From Salinimicrobium gaetbulicola (GTDB lineage Bacteria > Bacteroidota > Bacteroidia > Flavobacteriales > Flavobacteriaceae), in assembly GCF_042676025.1 (NCBI RefSeq), contig NZ_JBHTJP010000032.1, positions 873,709 through 937,708 of the forward strand: a stretch of DNA of 64,000 nucleotides. Direction: 5' to 3'. Below the pieces are notes generated by a model that did no database searches, was not told where the DNA came from, and saw only the letters and a program-made list of their open reading frames with translations. The position numbers were made by a program, and so were the translations under genes. Within the stretch, counting starts at the first letter, position 1, and every line of letters begins with the position of its first letter. This document shows positions 1 through 9,639 of the stretch, one piece after another.

Positions 1-245
1 CTCCACATTTCCGGCCCATTGCTGCTTACCTATTACAATACGGGAATTAAAAAAATCAGGGCCGGACAAAAAATTATGAGTTCCGGTATTAAGAATAGTT
101 ATGGGAAAACCTTCAGAGGTGGTCAAAGAAATATTCTTCCATTTCTGAAATTTCCATAAATAGTGTAAGTAGTCCTCCTGCATCAAATAAAAATAAAACA
201 TTTATCCTTATGATGCTGAATTACAGCTATTTATTGATAAAAAAG

Positions 246-965
246 TCAACTCCCGGCAGCAGCCTTGGCTAAAACCTCATCCACAAATTCTTCTACCCAC
301 AGACTGTACATATCCCCGCTGGGATGAAGATCATCTGAAGCCACCAGATTTTTTTCTTCTAAACCTTTTTCCGAGATGGGAGTAATATTGTAAAAGTCAA
401 TTTCATATTTCCGGGCTACCTGCTCAAAAACCGAATTGAATTCCGCTATTTCACGACCAATTTCCTCGGCTCGAGGCTCACCGTAAGGAGTCGCTCCATA
501 ATCTGGGATACTCACTACAAAAACACCGTCTTTCCCCCTTTTAGAGTGATTAATGGCCTGTTGAAAGATCTCGTGGAGATCGGCTTCGTATGCTTCAATT
601 GATTTTCCCTGATATTGGTTATTAACACCGATCAAAACCGAAACAAGATCAAATTTTTCCTGATCCAGTTTCTGGTCCATTGCCCCCAACAAGTCACCTG
701 TAGTCCATCCTGTTTTTGCGATGATGACCGGATAGTTCACATTTATTTCCCGATCACGCAGGCTGTCCACCAACTGAACCGGCCAACGCATTTCAGGTTC
801 CACACTTTCCCCTATGGTATAAGAATCTCCCAGGGCAAGGTAACTTAAAGAGCTTTCATGCTCTTCATTCATATTTTCAGGGGAATTCTCTTTGCAGCCA
901 AATAACAGCACAGATAATAAAATTGGTAATAGAATTCTCTTCATAATCTGAATTTTTAGAATCAC
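246..965 (-). CDS. SGNH/GDSL-family hydrolase, predicted lipoprotein
   Basis: N-terminal signal peptide ending in a lipobox-like LFGC. A GDSYT block containing the catalytic Ser and a C-terminal DDLHP(S) block are typical of SGNH hydrolases. Confidence 0.75.
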   Translation of the reverse strand: MILKIQIMKRILLPILLSVLLFGCKENSPENMNEEHESSLSYLALGDSYTIGESVEPEMRWPVQLVDSLRDREINVNYPVIIAKTGWTTGDLLGAMDQKLDQEKFDLVSVLIGVNNQYQGKSIEAYEADLHEIFQQAINHSKRGKDGVFVVSIPDYGATPYGEPRAEEIGREIAEFNSVFEQVARKYEIDFYNITPISEKGLEEKNLVASDDLHPSGDMYSLWVEEFVDEVLAKAAAGS

Positions 966-1289
966 TAAAATATATTTTCTTAAGCAATAGCCAACCTCCT
1001 TTAGTACTTTTACCGCATACAGGTAAATGATTATATCTTAATCCCGGGTTAAACAGGCTGGGATGACAGTATGATTGAGGTGAAAATTTTATCTTACTAA
1101 AAATTTAATAACTATGGAACCTTCCGAACGGGCACCAGAGGAGAAAAAAGCTATAAAGCAACAACAACAGACTCCTTTAAAAAAGGAAAGTAAATTCATA
1201 AAGGGCCTTAGAAAGGTTGGGTTTAATGTATGGCTGGCGGTTATGATCATTGGAGGTGCACTGGCATTTATTACAGCTCTGTTCCTGAT

Positions 1290-1664
1290 ATGAAAAGAAT
1301 CAATCTATTATTTTGGCTTTCTTTCGGAATATTTCTTCTGAATCTGCTTCTTCTGCGGCTCCCTGTACAGCTACCGGCATTTTTCTCCTCGCATTTGAAC
1401 GACCTGTTGTGTATGCCTATAGTTTTAAGTATATGTCATTATATTATCCGGAAAATGAATCCAGATAAAAACCTTAAGATCAATCTTTTTTCAGCCTTTT
1501 CCCTGGCCGCATTATATGCTGTTTATTTTGAATTTTACCTGCCCCGGATAACAGAAAGGTACACCTATGATGTTGTGGATATATTTCTATATTTTACAGG
1601 CGCTTTTATCTTCTGGCTGGCCCAACAAACTGATGCGCCAAAAAAAATTCAGCAAAACGAATAA
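1290..1664 (+). CDS. hypothetical small membrane protein
   Basis: ORF with 3-4 hydrophobic helices. Start moved to the internal ATG at 1290 (MKRINLLFWL...) because the upstream extension looks non-coding. No recognisable family. Confidence 0.4.
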   Translation: MKRINLLFWLSFGIFLLNLLLLRLPVQLPAFFSSHLNDLLCMPIVLSICHYIIRKMNPDKNLKINLFSAFSLAALYAVYFEFYLPRITERYTYDVVDIFLYFTGAFIFWLAQQTDAPKKIQQNE

Positions 1665-1733
1665 AAAAAGCCACCTTTGGCAAGGCAGCTTTCTATGTGC
1701 ATAGAGTCCTAAACCCGGACTCCTCAATCTTAA

Positions 1734-2714
1734 TTATTCAATATATCCTTTTTCACGCATCCAGTCATCGTTGAACATTTTTCCAACGTAACGGCTTCCG
1801 TGGTCATGGAATAAAACGACTACAACATCATCTTTTTTGAAATGTTCCTTCAGTTGAAGTAAACCTTTCATAGCTGCTCCTGCACTGTTCCCAAGGAACA
1901 TTCCTTCTTCCTTCGCCAGTCTTTGAGTGTAGATCGCAGCATCCTTATCGGTCACTTTGGTAAATCCGTCAATAATGTCGAAATCCACATTCTTCGGAAG
2001 TATATCTTCTCCAATACCTTCTGTAACATAAGGGTAGATCTCTTTTTCATCAAATTCCCCGGTCTCGTGGTATTTTTTAAAAACCGAACCATAGGTATCA
2101 ATCCCCCAAACTTTGATGTTCGGGTTTTGTTCTTTTAAATATTTTCCAACTCCGGAAATAGTTCCGCCGGTACCAACACCTACTACGAAATGAGTGATTT
2201 TTCCATCGGTCTGTTTCCAGATCTCAGGCCCGGTAGTTTCATAGTGAGCCTTTCGGTTTGAAAGGTTATCATATTGATTTACGTACCAGGAATTCGGAGT
2301 TTCTTCTGCCAGTCTTTTAGAAGTAGAATAATAAGACCTTGGATCGTCAGGCTCTACATCTGTAGGGCAAACTATGACCTCGCTCCCAACAGCTCTAAGA
2401 ATATCGACCTTTTCTTTGGATTGTTTATCGGCCATCACACAGACCATTTTGTAACCTTTTACAATGGCGACAAGGGCTAGGCCCATTCCAGTATTTCCGG
2501 AAGTACCTTCTATAATAGTTCCACCCGGTTTCAACAGTCCGGCAGCCTCAGCATCCTCGATCATTTTAACCGCCATACGGTCTTTAACCGAGTTTCCGGG
2601 ATTGAAGGTTTCATATTTAGCAAGTACCAAGGCATCGATCTCTTCAGCAAGTTTATTGATCTTCACTAAAGGGGTGTTCCCGATGGTACCTAAGATATTT
2701 TCAGCGTATTCCAT
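1734..2714 (-). CDS. cysteine synthase / cystathionine beta-synthase family PLP enzyme (CysK/CysM-like)
   Basis: GNTPLVKI, SVKDRMA (the PLP-lysine motif) and GTSGNTG glycine-rich loop. Start set at the internal Met (MEYAENILG) at 2712-2714, since the longer N-terminal extension is Cys/Phe-rich and implausible. Confidence 0.85.
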   Translation of the reverse strand: MEYAENILGTIGNTPLVKINKLAEEIDALVLAKYETFNPGNSVKDRMAVKMIEDAEAAGLLKPGGTIIEGTSGNTGMGLALVAIVKGYKMVCVMADKQSKEKVDILRAVGSEVIVCPTDVEPDDPRSYYSTSKRLAEETPNSWYVNQYDNLSNRKAHYETTGPEIWKQTDGKITHFVVGVGTGGTISGVGKYLKEQNPNIKVWGIDTYGSVFKKYHETGEFDEKEIYPYVTEGIGEDILPKNVDFDIIDGFTKVTDKDAAIYTQRLAKEEGMFLGNSAGAAMKGLLQLKEHFKKDDVVVVLFHDHGSRYVGKMFNDDWMREKGYIE

Positions 2715-2809
2715 AACAAAATTTTTGCGGCTGCAAAGGTAACAAAAAAAGCAGGTTTTAAAATAGGTCGCAAAAAGCTGAAGCACATTACTTTCAAAAA
2801 AGGTAAATC

Positions 2810-4045
2810 CTAATCAAATTTCATGGCTTTGACGGGCGTAATACGCGTGATGATGAAGGACGGTACCAGCAGCATCAGCATACATAGTATCAATGTACCA
2901 ACATTAACTCCTACGATATATTCCCAGCCAATGTAGACAGGAGCTTCGGTCACATAGTAAGTTTGAGGGTTAAGAGGAATAAGCTCCAGATATTTTTGAG
3001 CGAAGAGCAATCCTAATCCAATCAGGTTACCCCAAAAGAGACCTAAAAGTATAAGGTATCCCGCATTGTAAAGGAAGATCTTCCGAATACTCCAGTCATT
3101 ACTCCCTAAAGCTTTCAGGATGCCTATCATTTGGGTGCGTTCCAGGATCAATACCAGTAAAGCGGTAATCATATTGATACCTGCCACCAGGATCATGATC
3201 CCGATAATAAGAGCGATATTGAAATCGAAAAGGGATAACCATTCAAAAATGGAAAAATATTTCTGCTTTATAGTTCGTGTATCAAGGAAGGAACCGGTAT
3301 TCTCATAGATCTGCCTGCCCTTTTCGTCAAGTTCACTAAAATCCTCCAGGAAGACCTCAAAGTTCCCTACTTCATTTTTCTCCCATTTATTCAATCGTTG
3401 AATATGTCTGATATCTGCGATCATATAGAGCTCATCAAACTCCTGAAAACCCGAACTGTAAATTCCTGTTACTTCAAAGGCACGCAATAATGGAGTTTTG
3501 CGGCTGTCTTCTCTCAAAAAGTACGTAACCACCTTATCCCCTACTTTGAAGCCCAAACGTCTGGCGATATATTCTGAAATAAGCACCTGCTCATTCAGCC
3601 CATCTGAATATTCGGGCAACTCACCCTCTATCAGAAAGTCTTTAAAGTAGTCCCATTTATAATCGGTGCCAACACCTTTTATGATAATACCTTCAAAATC
3701 TGAAGCCGTCCGTATCACCCCTCCTTTATATGCGGTAGCCTGCACGTGAGAAATTCCCTCAACCGAAGTGAATTCGGGATAAAAATCCTGATCCAGAGAA
3801 ATAGGCTTCAGGGAAACCTGGGAATTGTTATTATCGTAGTTGGAAATGGTGATATGACCGGTAAAAGCCGACATTTTTTCCCGAATCTTCTGCTGTAAAC
3901 CAATTCCGGTCGCGAAGGCCACCAGCATCATGATAACCCCAATAGCAATTGCCACAATGGCAATTTTTATTATAGGAGCCGAAATGCTACTTTTGTGTTG
4001 CTTCGCACTTATCAGGCGCCTGGCTATAAAAAATTCAAGATTCAA
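2810..4045 (-). CDS. FtsX-like ABC transporter permease (LolC/LolE-type lipoprotein-release family)
   Basis: N-terminal FIARRL motif, then a TM helix, a large periplasmic domain and a C-terminal three-TM FtsX domain. ~410 aa is typical of LolE-like permeases. Confidence 0.8.
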   Translation of the reverse strand: MNLEFFIARRLISAKQHKSSISAPIIKIAIVAIAIGVIMMLVAFATGIGLQQKIREKMSAFTGHITISNYDNNNSQVSLKPISLDQDFYPEFTSVEGISHVQATAYKGGVIRTASDFEGIIIKGVGTDYKWDYFKDFLIEGELPEYSDGLNEQVLISEYIARRLGFKVGDKVVTYFLREDSRKTPLLRAFEVTGIYSSGFQEFDELYMIADIRHIQRLNKWEKNEVGNFEVFLEDFSELDEKGRQIYENTGSFLDTRTIKQKYFSIFEWLSLFDFNIALIIGIMILVAGINMITALLVLILERTQMIGILKALGSNDWSIRKIFLYNAGYLILLGLFWGNLIGLGLLFAQKYLELIPLNPQTYYVTEAPVYIGWEYIVGVNVGTLILCMLMLLVPSFIITRITPVKAMKFD

Positions 4046-4054
4046 GAGTCGCTT

Positions 4055-5284
4055 ATGATTTTAAGATTTTTCAAAAGTACATTTTTATTCGTACTTGTCA
4101 GCATCACCGCTTGCGGAAACACTTCCGCGGAAAAAGAGAACAACAAAGAAACAGTACAGGATTCCGTTTCTGTACAGCAGGCCCGAATCGTAATGGGCGC
4201 CGAAAGAGTAGGCGAATATCTACCCCTTTTTAAAGGTAAAAAAGTAGGGTTCGTCGGAAATCAAACCAGTATCATTCCTGCTGAAGGACAACCTATGCAC
4301 CTGGTAGATTTCCTGCTTGGTTTTGAGGTTGACCTGAAAACCGTTTTTGCACCCGAGCATGGTTTCAGAGGAACCGCAGATGCCGGGGAAGTCGTTAAAG
4401 ACGGAAAGGATCCCAAAACCGGACTACCCATCATCTCTTTATATGGAGACAACAAGAAACCATCAGCCGAACAATTAAAGGACCTTGATATTCTCATTTT
4501 TGACATCCAGGATGTAGGCGCGCGATTCTACACCTACATTTCTACCCTTCACTACGTGATGGAGGCCGCTGCCGAAAATAATATCCCGGTACTCGTTTTT
4601 GACAGACCGAATCCGAACGGACATTATATTGACGGACCAATCCTCGAGCCAGATCATAAGAGTTTTGTGGGCATGCATACCGTTCCTGTGGTTCACGGGA
4701 TGACCATTGGGGAATATGCTAAAATGGTGAACGGTGAAAAATGGCTGAAAAACGGAATCCAGGCTGATCTTACCATTATTGAAATGGAAAATTATGATCA
4801 CTCAAGATCGTATGACCTCCCGGTAAAGCCTTCTCCCAACCTACCCAACGCACAGGCGATCAATTTATATCCCAGCCTTTGCTTTTTTGAAGGCACCAAT
4901 GTCAATGCCGGAAGAGGAACCAGCAAACAATTCCAGGTTTTCGGATCTCCATATTTACCTGCCGAAAAATACGCCTTCATTTATACACCTAAATCTAATG
5001 AGGGTGCGAAATCACCTAAGCATTTAGGTGAAGAATGCTTTGGAAAAGACCTTACTCAACATCCAAAATTGAGTAAGATCAACCTGGAATGGCTGATAAA
5101 TGCCTTTCAAAACACTTCAGACCAAAAGGTATTCTTCAACAGTTTCTTTACAAAATTAGCAGGAACTACCAAGTTGCAAACCCAGATCGAAGAAGGTTTG
5201 ACGTCTGAAGAGATCAGAGAAATATGGAAACCGGGATTAGAGAGGTTCAAGATCGTTAGGCAAAAGTATTTGTCGTATCCTTAA
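4055..5284 (+). CDS. DUF1343-family lipoprotein (NamZ-like exo-beta-N-acetylmuramidase family)
   Basis: Lipoprotein signal (ITACGN). Conserved blocks recalled for DUF1343/NamZ: GLVTNQT-like GFVGNQTS, DIQDVGARFYTY and VFDRPNP. Start moved to the internal Met at 4055 to remove the 50-nt overlap with the preceding convergent gene. Confidence 0.6.
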   Translation: MILRFFKSTFLFVLVSITACGNTSAEKENNKETVQDSVSVQQARIVMGAERVGEYLPLFKGKKVGFVGNQTSIIPAEGQPMHLVDFLLGFEVDLKTVFAPEHGFRGTADAGEVVKDGKDPKTGLPIISLYGDNKKPSAEQLKDLDILIFDIQDVGARFYTYISTLHYVMEAAAENNIPVLVFDRPNPNGHYIDGPILEPDHKSFVGMHTVPVVHGMTIGEYAKMVNGEKWLKNGIQADLTIIEMENYDHSRSYDLPVKPSPNLPNAQAINLYPSLCFFEGTNVNAGRGTSKQFQVFGSPYLPAEKYAFIYTPKSNEGAKSPKHLGEECFGKDLTQHPKLSKINLEWLINAFQNTSDQKVFFNSFFTKLAGTTKLQTQIEEGLTSEEIREIWKPGLERFKIVRQKYLSYP

Positions 5285-5337
5285 AAGGTTAAAATGAGTG
5301 GGTTCCAGGTTGCAAGTTGCAGGTTATATCAAGTTCT

Positions 5338-5700
5338 CTAGGAGTTTTCTACATACCTAATAAATGCCAGGATCTTGGAACCTAGTATTTCGTAATCTGA
5401 TTTTAAGGTCTTATGATCTTGCATAATTTCAGGATACAAATAATTTAGCTTTTCTAAATGACAAATCGTTTCATCACTGCTTGAATGCGCATAAATAAGA
5501 AACTTTAAAAAATCTGCTTTATATTTCTTTCTACCATATCCTTCGACAATATTAGTTACGATTGAGTCAGAAGATCTTCGGACTTGACTACCTAACTTAT
5601 ATAATTCATATTTAGGCAACTGAAGGCTCAAAGGATGAAGTTGGTAGAAAAGTTGAAGAGAAGAAGTATAAATTTCGAGATCCCTGTACGATTTAGCCAT
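5338..5700 (-). CDS. four-helix-bundle protein (TIGR02436 / 23S rRNA intervening-sequence protein family)
   Basis: MAKSYRDLEIY..., LGSQVRRSSDSIVTNIVEGYGR and YAHSSSDE blocks are characteristic of this family. Start at the internal Met (5698-5700). Confidence 0.7.
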   Translation of the reverse strand: MAKSYRDLEIYTSSLQLFYQLHPLSLQLPKYELYKLGSQVRRSSDSIVTNIVEGYGRKKYKADFLKFLIYAHSSSDETICHLEKLNYLYPEIMQDHKTLKSDYEILGSKILAFIRYVENS

Positions 5701-5770
5701 TACTTTTGGTTTTACTGTAAAGTACAACAAGAACTTACAACATGCAACAAGCAACTTGCAACTTGAAACT

Positions 5771-6262
5771 TTAAGGCAACCGTTTCTTCATCTCCTCCAC
5801 TATATTGAAAGCTGCGGGACAGATCGCGACATTTTTCATGGTGAGATTACTTATTTTATGGAAGTCTTTTCGATTGGTATGAGGGAATTCACTGCAGGCC
5901 TTTGGACGAACATCATAGATCATACAGTAGTTCTCCGCATCAAGAAAAGTACAGGGCACTTCCTGTAATACGTAATCATTCTCTTCATCTATCCTTAGAT
6001 ACTGGTCAATGAATTGCTGAGGCTTCAGTTTAAGAAATTTTGAAATGCGCTCAATGTCCTTATTAGTGAAAAGCGGACCCGTGGTTTTACAGCAATTCGC
6101 GCATTTAAGGCAGTCTGTTCGCTCAAACTCCTCATCGTGAATCTCTTGCATTTGCTGATCTAAATGCCTGGGAGGCTTCTTTTTAAGCTTAGAAAAAAAC
6201 TTTTTATTCTCCTTATGCTTATCTTTGGCCCTTTGCGGGAGCCCATTTATTTCTTCCTGCAT
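5771..6262 (-). CDS. YkgJ-family (UPF0153) cysteine-cluster protein
   Basis: CLKCANCC Cys cluster plus downstream Cys residues, length ~160 aa. Start placed at MQEEINGL. Confidence 0.6.
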   Translation of the reverse strand: MQEEINGLPQRAKDKHKENKKFFSKLKKKPPRHLDQQMQEIHDEEFERTDCLKCANCCKTTGPLFTNKDIERISKFLKLKPQQFIDQYLRIDEENDYVLQEVPCTFLDAENYCMIYDVRPKACSEFPHTNRKDFHKISNLTMKNVAICPAAFNIVEEMKKRLP

Positions 6263-6288
6263 GTTGCAAAGATAAAAAGAACACAAGC

Positions 6289-7023
6289 TTGAACAACGAA
6301 AAAAATGATCCCGATATCTTCGGAAAAGCCATAAAAGCCTATTTTGAATCGGGAGACGAGGAGGATATCACAGTGCACTCTCCCGACTTTGATGACGATG
6401 TCATCCCTGTACCTTATTTATTCAGAAGCTATAAAGAAATGCCTCCTTTGGAAAAAAAGGCTCTGACATTAGCTAAAGGTCGGGTTTTGGATGTTGGTTG
6501 CGGCGCCGGAAGCCATGTACTTTACCTTCAGAAAGAAAAAAAGCTAGCAGTTACGGCCATCGATACTTCCGAAGGAGCGATAGAAATATGTAAAAAGCGT
6601 GGGATCACAGACGCCAGAAAACTCGCTTTTGAAGATCTTTCCGAAGAAAAATATGACACCATTCTTATGCTTATGAACGGCACCGGAATAGTGGGTAAAA
6701 TGAGAAATCTGGATGCCTTCTTTAAAAAATTAAGATCCCTGCTGAATCCGGAAGGGCAGGTTTTAATAGATTCTTCAGACCTGGTTTACCTATTTGACAC
6801 CGATGAAGACGGCGGAGTTTGGGTAGATGCCGCGCATGGGTATTATGGGGAACTTACCTACTCTTTGAGTTATAAAGGGGAAACTTCAAAAACCTTTGAT
6901 TGGCTGTACCTTGATTTTGATTCATTATATTTAGCTTCGGCCAAGAATGGATTTAATTGTGAACTGGTGAAGAAAGGGGAACATTATGACTACCTGGCCC
7001 GTTTAACTTTAAAAAAATCTTAA
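6289..7023 (+). CDS. class I SAM-dependent methyltransferase
   Basis: VLDVGCGAGSH, which is motif I of class I SAM-dependent methyltransferases. The ORF begins at a TTG codon (6289-6291), so the start is uncertain. Confidence 0.7.
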   Translation: MNNEKNDPDIFGKAIKAYFESGDEEDITVHSPDFDDDVIPVPYLFRSYKEMPPLEKKALTLAKGRVLDVGCGAGSHVLYLQKEKKLAVTAIDTSEGAIEICKKRGITDARKLAFEDLSEEKYDTILMLMNGTGIVGKMRNLDAFFKKLRSLLNPEGQVLIDSSDLVYLFDTDEDGGVWVDAAHGYYGELTYSLSYKGETSKTFDWLYLDFDSLYLASAKNGFNCELVKKGEHYDYLARLTLKKS

Positions 7024-7030
7024 GCACCTG

Positions 7031-7777
7031 ATGAAAATAAAATCTCAGATACTTTCCCTACTTAGCGTGTTCTTTTTACTGGTTGTTTCCTGTTCAACAG
7101 AAGAGGAAGTAGCACCAGATGATCGTCCTTTAGGGGTTTCTGCGAGGTCTTTCCTGAGTGATGAGAGTTACACTTCTTTAGAGGTCGAGATGGTATATGT
7201 GACCGGTTATGAGCCTTCTCAAAATTCCATTTCCACCCTGGAAACATTTCTGAAAAAATACCTGAACAAACCCGGCGGAGTCTCCATCAAAACGAGAGCT
7301 ATTGCCGCACCGGGAGCAGGCACATATTCCCTTTCTGAAATCAGGAATGTTGAGGAGGAACAGCGTACTGTCTTCACTTCAGGAAATAAACTCAGCACTT
7401 TTATTTTCATCGCCGATAATAAAAGTGATTCCTCAACCGGGGAAAACGTGATCCTGGGCAAAGCTTACAGAAACACTTCTATGGTGATCTTTCAAAAAGA
7501 GATCAGGGAATTGGCCTCCAGCCTTGGCACCGTTTCAAGTGATGAGATCCAGGCCACCACCATCAAGCATGAATTCGGGCACCTCTTTGGCCTTGTAAAT
7601 AACGGAACTCCCGCCCAAACCCTTCATGAAGACCAGGATCCGGAGAATAAAGCGCATTGCGATGTTGAAAGTTGCTTAATGGCCGCTTTACAGGATTTCG
7701 GAAACCAGTCCGCTACCGGAAGCCTCGATTTTGATGAGCACTGTCATCGAGATCTTATAGCGAATGGTGGAAAATAA
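7031..7777 (+). CDS. predicted lipoprotein zinc metalloprotease (HExxH)
   Basis: Signal peptide with lipobox (VVSCS). HEFGH zincin motif followed by paired Cys residues near the C-terminus. Confidence 0.6.
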   Translation: MKIKSQILSLLSVFFLLVVSCSTEEEVAPDDRPLGVSARSFLSDESYTSLEVEMVYVTGYEPSQNSISTLETFLKKYLNKPGGVSIKTRAIAAPGAGTYSLSEIRNVEEEQRTVFTSGNKLSTFIFIADNKSDSSTGENVILGKAYRNTSMVIFQKEIRELASSLGTVSSDEIQATTIKHEFGHLFGLVNNGTPAQTLHEDQDPENKAHCDVESCLMAALQDFGNQSATGSLDFDEHCHRDLIANGGK

Positions 7778-7934
7778 AAAAGCCTGCCAGAGGAGCGAAA
7801 ATTACGTCAACCTGAACTGGTTTCAGGTTCTTCCTGGTTTTAAGATTCAAATCAATAGACTCTGAAATAAATTCAGAGTGACGCCATAAGATCACTTTTC
7901 CAACGGCCTTTCCGTTACTCCCCAAAAAAGGCCT

Positions 7935-9557
7935 TTAAAACACCTTTTCTCCTCCTAAATAAGTTGAATTCACTTTTATATTAGGAATTTCATTCTCCGG
8001 GATCTCCATGATATCCTGTTCGAGAATAACAAAATCAGCAAATTTTCCGGGTTCAATGCTACCCTTTTCATCTTCTTCAAAATTACTATAGGCCGCCCAG
8101 ATGGTCATCCCTTTTAAGGTCTCCTCCCTACTCAACGCCTGCTCTTTCATATATCCTCCTTCGGGATAGTCTTTCGTGTCCTTTCTTGCAACGGAAGCGT
8201 AAAAGGTCAAAAACGGACTTACTTTTTCCACCGGAAAATCTGTTCCTAAGGCGATTATTCCGGCTTGATCCAGTAATTGCTTATAAGCGTAAGCGCCTTT
8301 TTCACGTTCCTCCCCCAGCCTGTCCTTGGCCCAGTACATATCACTGGTAGCATGGGTAGGTTGTACAGAAGGAATAATATTCTTGCTGAAGTAACCGAAA
8401 TCTTCCTGGTCGATCACCTGGGAATGCTCCACTTTCCAACGACGATCTCCTTCTTTCCCCATCAAAGAATCATAGGTCTTTAAAACCACATAATTGGCAG
8501 AGTCTCCTATGGCGTGAGTATTCATTTGATATTCTGAATTAGCGATACGCTCTGCGGTCCTTTTAAAATCATCTACCGAAGATAATAAGGCTCCAAAGTG
8601 ATTGTGCTTGTCTGAATAAGGCTCTTTTAAAGCCGCGCCACGAGAACCTAAGGCTCCGTCAGCATAGAATTTTACCGAACGAACGTTCAGCCTGTCTGTT
8701 TTATAAGGTTCTTTATCCAGGTAATAATCTAGATTTTCAGGAGTATTGCTGATCATCGCGTAGATCCTCATCTTAAGATCCCCTTTCTGCTGAAGACTAT
8801 CGATCAATTCGATGGTGCTTCTATCCAGTCCGGCGTCATTTATCGTAGTAAGACCATACTGAAAAGCCATTTTTTGAGCATCCAGTAAAGCGGTAGCTTC
8901 TGTCTGTTTTCCTGCTTTCGGAATCGCATTTTCAACAAGCATCATTGGATTATCGATAAGGATCCCCGTTAGTTTGCCGTTCTTCTTTTCGATCTCTCCA
9001 CCTTCCGCAGGAGTTTCGAAAGTAATACCTGCGGCATTTAGAGCCGCCTGGTTAGCCAGCAATGCATGACCATCAATACGGGTGATTGCCACCGGAGTAT
9101 CAGGAAAAAGAATGTCCAAAGTATCTTTTACGGGAAATTCCTTTTCCTCCCAGTCATTCTGATCCCATCCTCTGCCTACGATGAAATCAACTTTCTTTTC
9201 CTTTTGAAAATCGGTTATTCTTTTGACTACTTCTTCAAAGCTATTAGTTTCAGTAAGATCAACATGCTGCAACTGCATTCCAAGTCCGTAGAAATGAGCG
9301 TGGGCATCAATGAATCCCGGAAATACTGTTTTTCCCTGGGCATCAATTTTTTCTTTGGCTTTATATTTTTTCGATAAATCTTTCGAAATACCTATCTCAA
9401 CGAACTTACCGTCATGTACCGCAAAAGCTTCCGCTTTGGAAAAATCTGAATCAACTGTGTATATTCTAGCGTTAACCACTAACAGGTCAACTTCTTCCTT
9501 TTTTTCACATGACGCGAGCATTCCGAAGAAAAGGGAAACAAAGAGTATTTTTTTCAT
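7935..9557 (-). CDS. amidohydrolase-family (amidohydrolase_3) metal-dependent hydrolase, lipoprotein
   Basis: Signal plus lipobox (LASCEKK). PGFIDAHAHF metal-binding motif; ~540 aa TIM-barrel hydrolase layout with a C-terminal His/Asp region. Confidence 0.8.
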   Translation of the reverse strand: MKKILFVSLFFGMLASCEKKEEVDLLVVNARIYTVDSDFSKAEAFAVHDGKFVEIGISKDLSKKYKAKEKIDAQGKTVFPGFIDAHAHFYGLGMQLQHVDLTETNSFEEVVKRITDFQKEKKVDFIVGRGWDQNDWEEKEFPVKDTLDILFPDTPVAITRIDGHALLANQAALNAAGITFETPAEGGEIEKKNGKLTGILIDNPMMLVENAIPKAGKQTEATALLDAQKMAFQYGLTTINDAGLDRSTIELIDSLQQKGDLKMRIYAMISNTPENLDYYLDKEPYKTDRLNVRSVKFYADGALGSRGAALKEPYSDKHNHFGALLSSVDDFKRTAERIANSEYQMNTHAIGDSANYVVLKTYDSLMGKEGDRRWKVEHSQVIDQEDFGYFSKNIIPSVQPTHATSDMYWAKDRLGEEREKGAYAYKQLLDQAGIIALGTDFPVEKVSPFLTFYASVARKDTKDYPEGGYMKEQALSREETLKGMTIWAAYSNFEEDEKGSIEPGKFADFVILEQDIMEIPENEIPNIKVNSTYLGGEKVF

Positions 9558-9639
9558 AATTAAAACTTGAATTAGGTAAAAATAAAAAATGCGCCCTTAA
9601 AAAAAGAGCGCATTTGACTTTTATTAAAATTTATACTGT

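Noticed and set aside
1-245. Possible 5' end of a minus-strand gene running off the left edge
   Set aside because: No ORF of 60 aa or more in the track, and no recognisable motif in the short translatable stretch. It cannot be supported.
4261-4980. Three minus-strand ORFs inside the DUF1343/NamZ-like gene
   Set aside because: They are antisense to a well-conserved coding frame and have poor composition.
7778-7934. Two adjacent hairpins (AACCTGAAC…GTTCAGGTT-like and ACTCTGAA…TTCAGAGT) between convergent genes
   Set aside because: They are most simply explained as ordinary convergent transcription terminators. They are not repeated elsewhere in the window.
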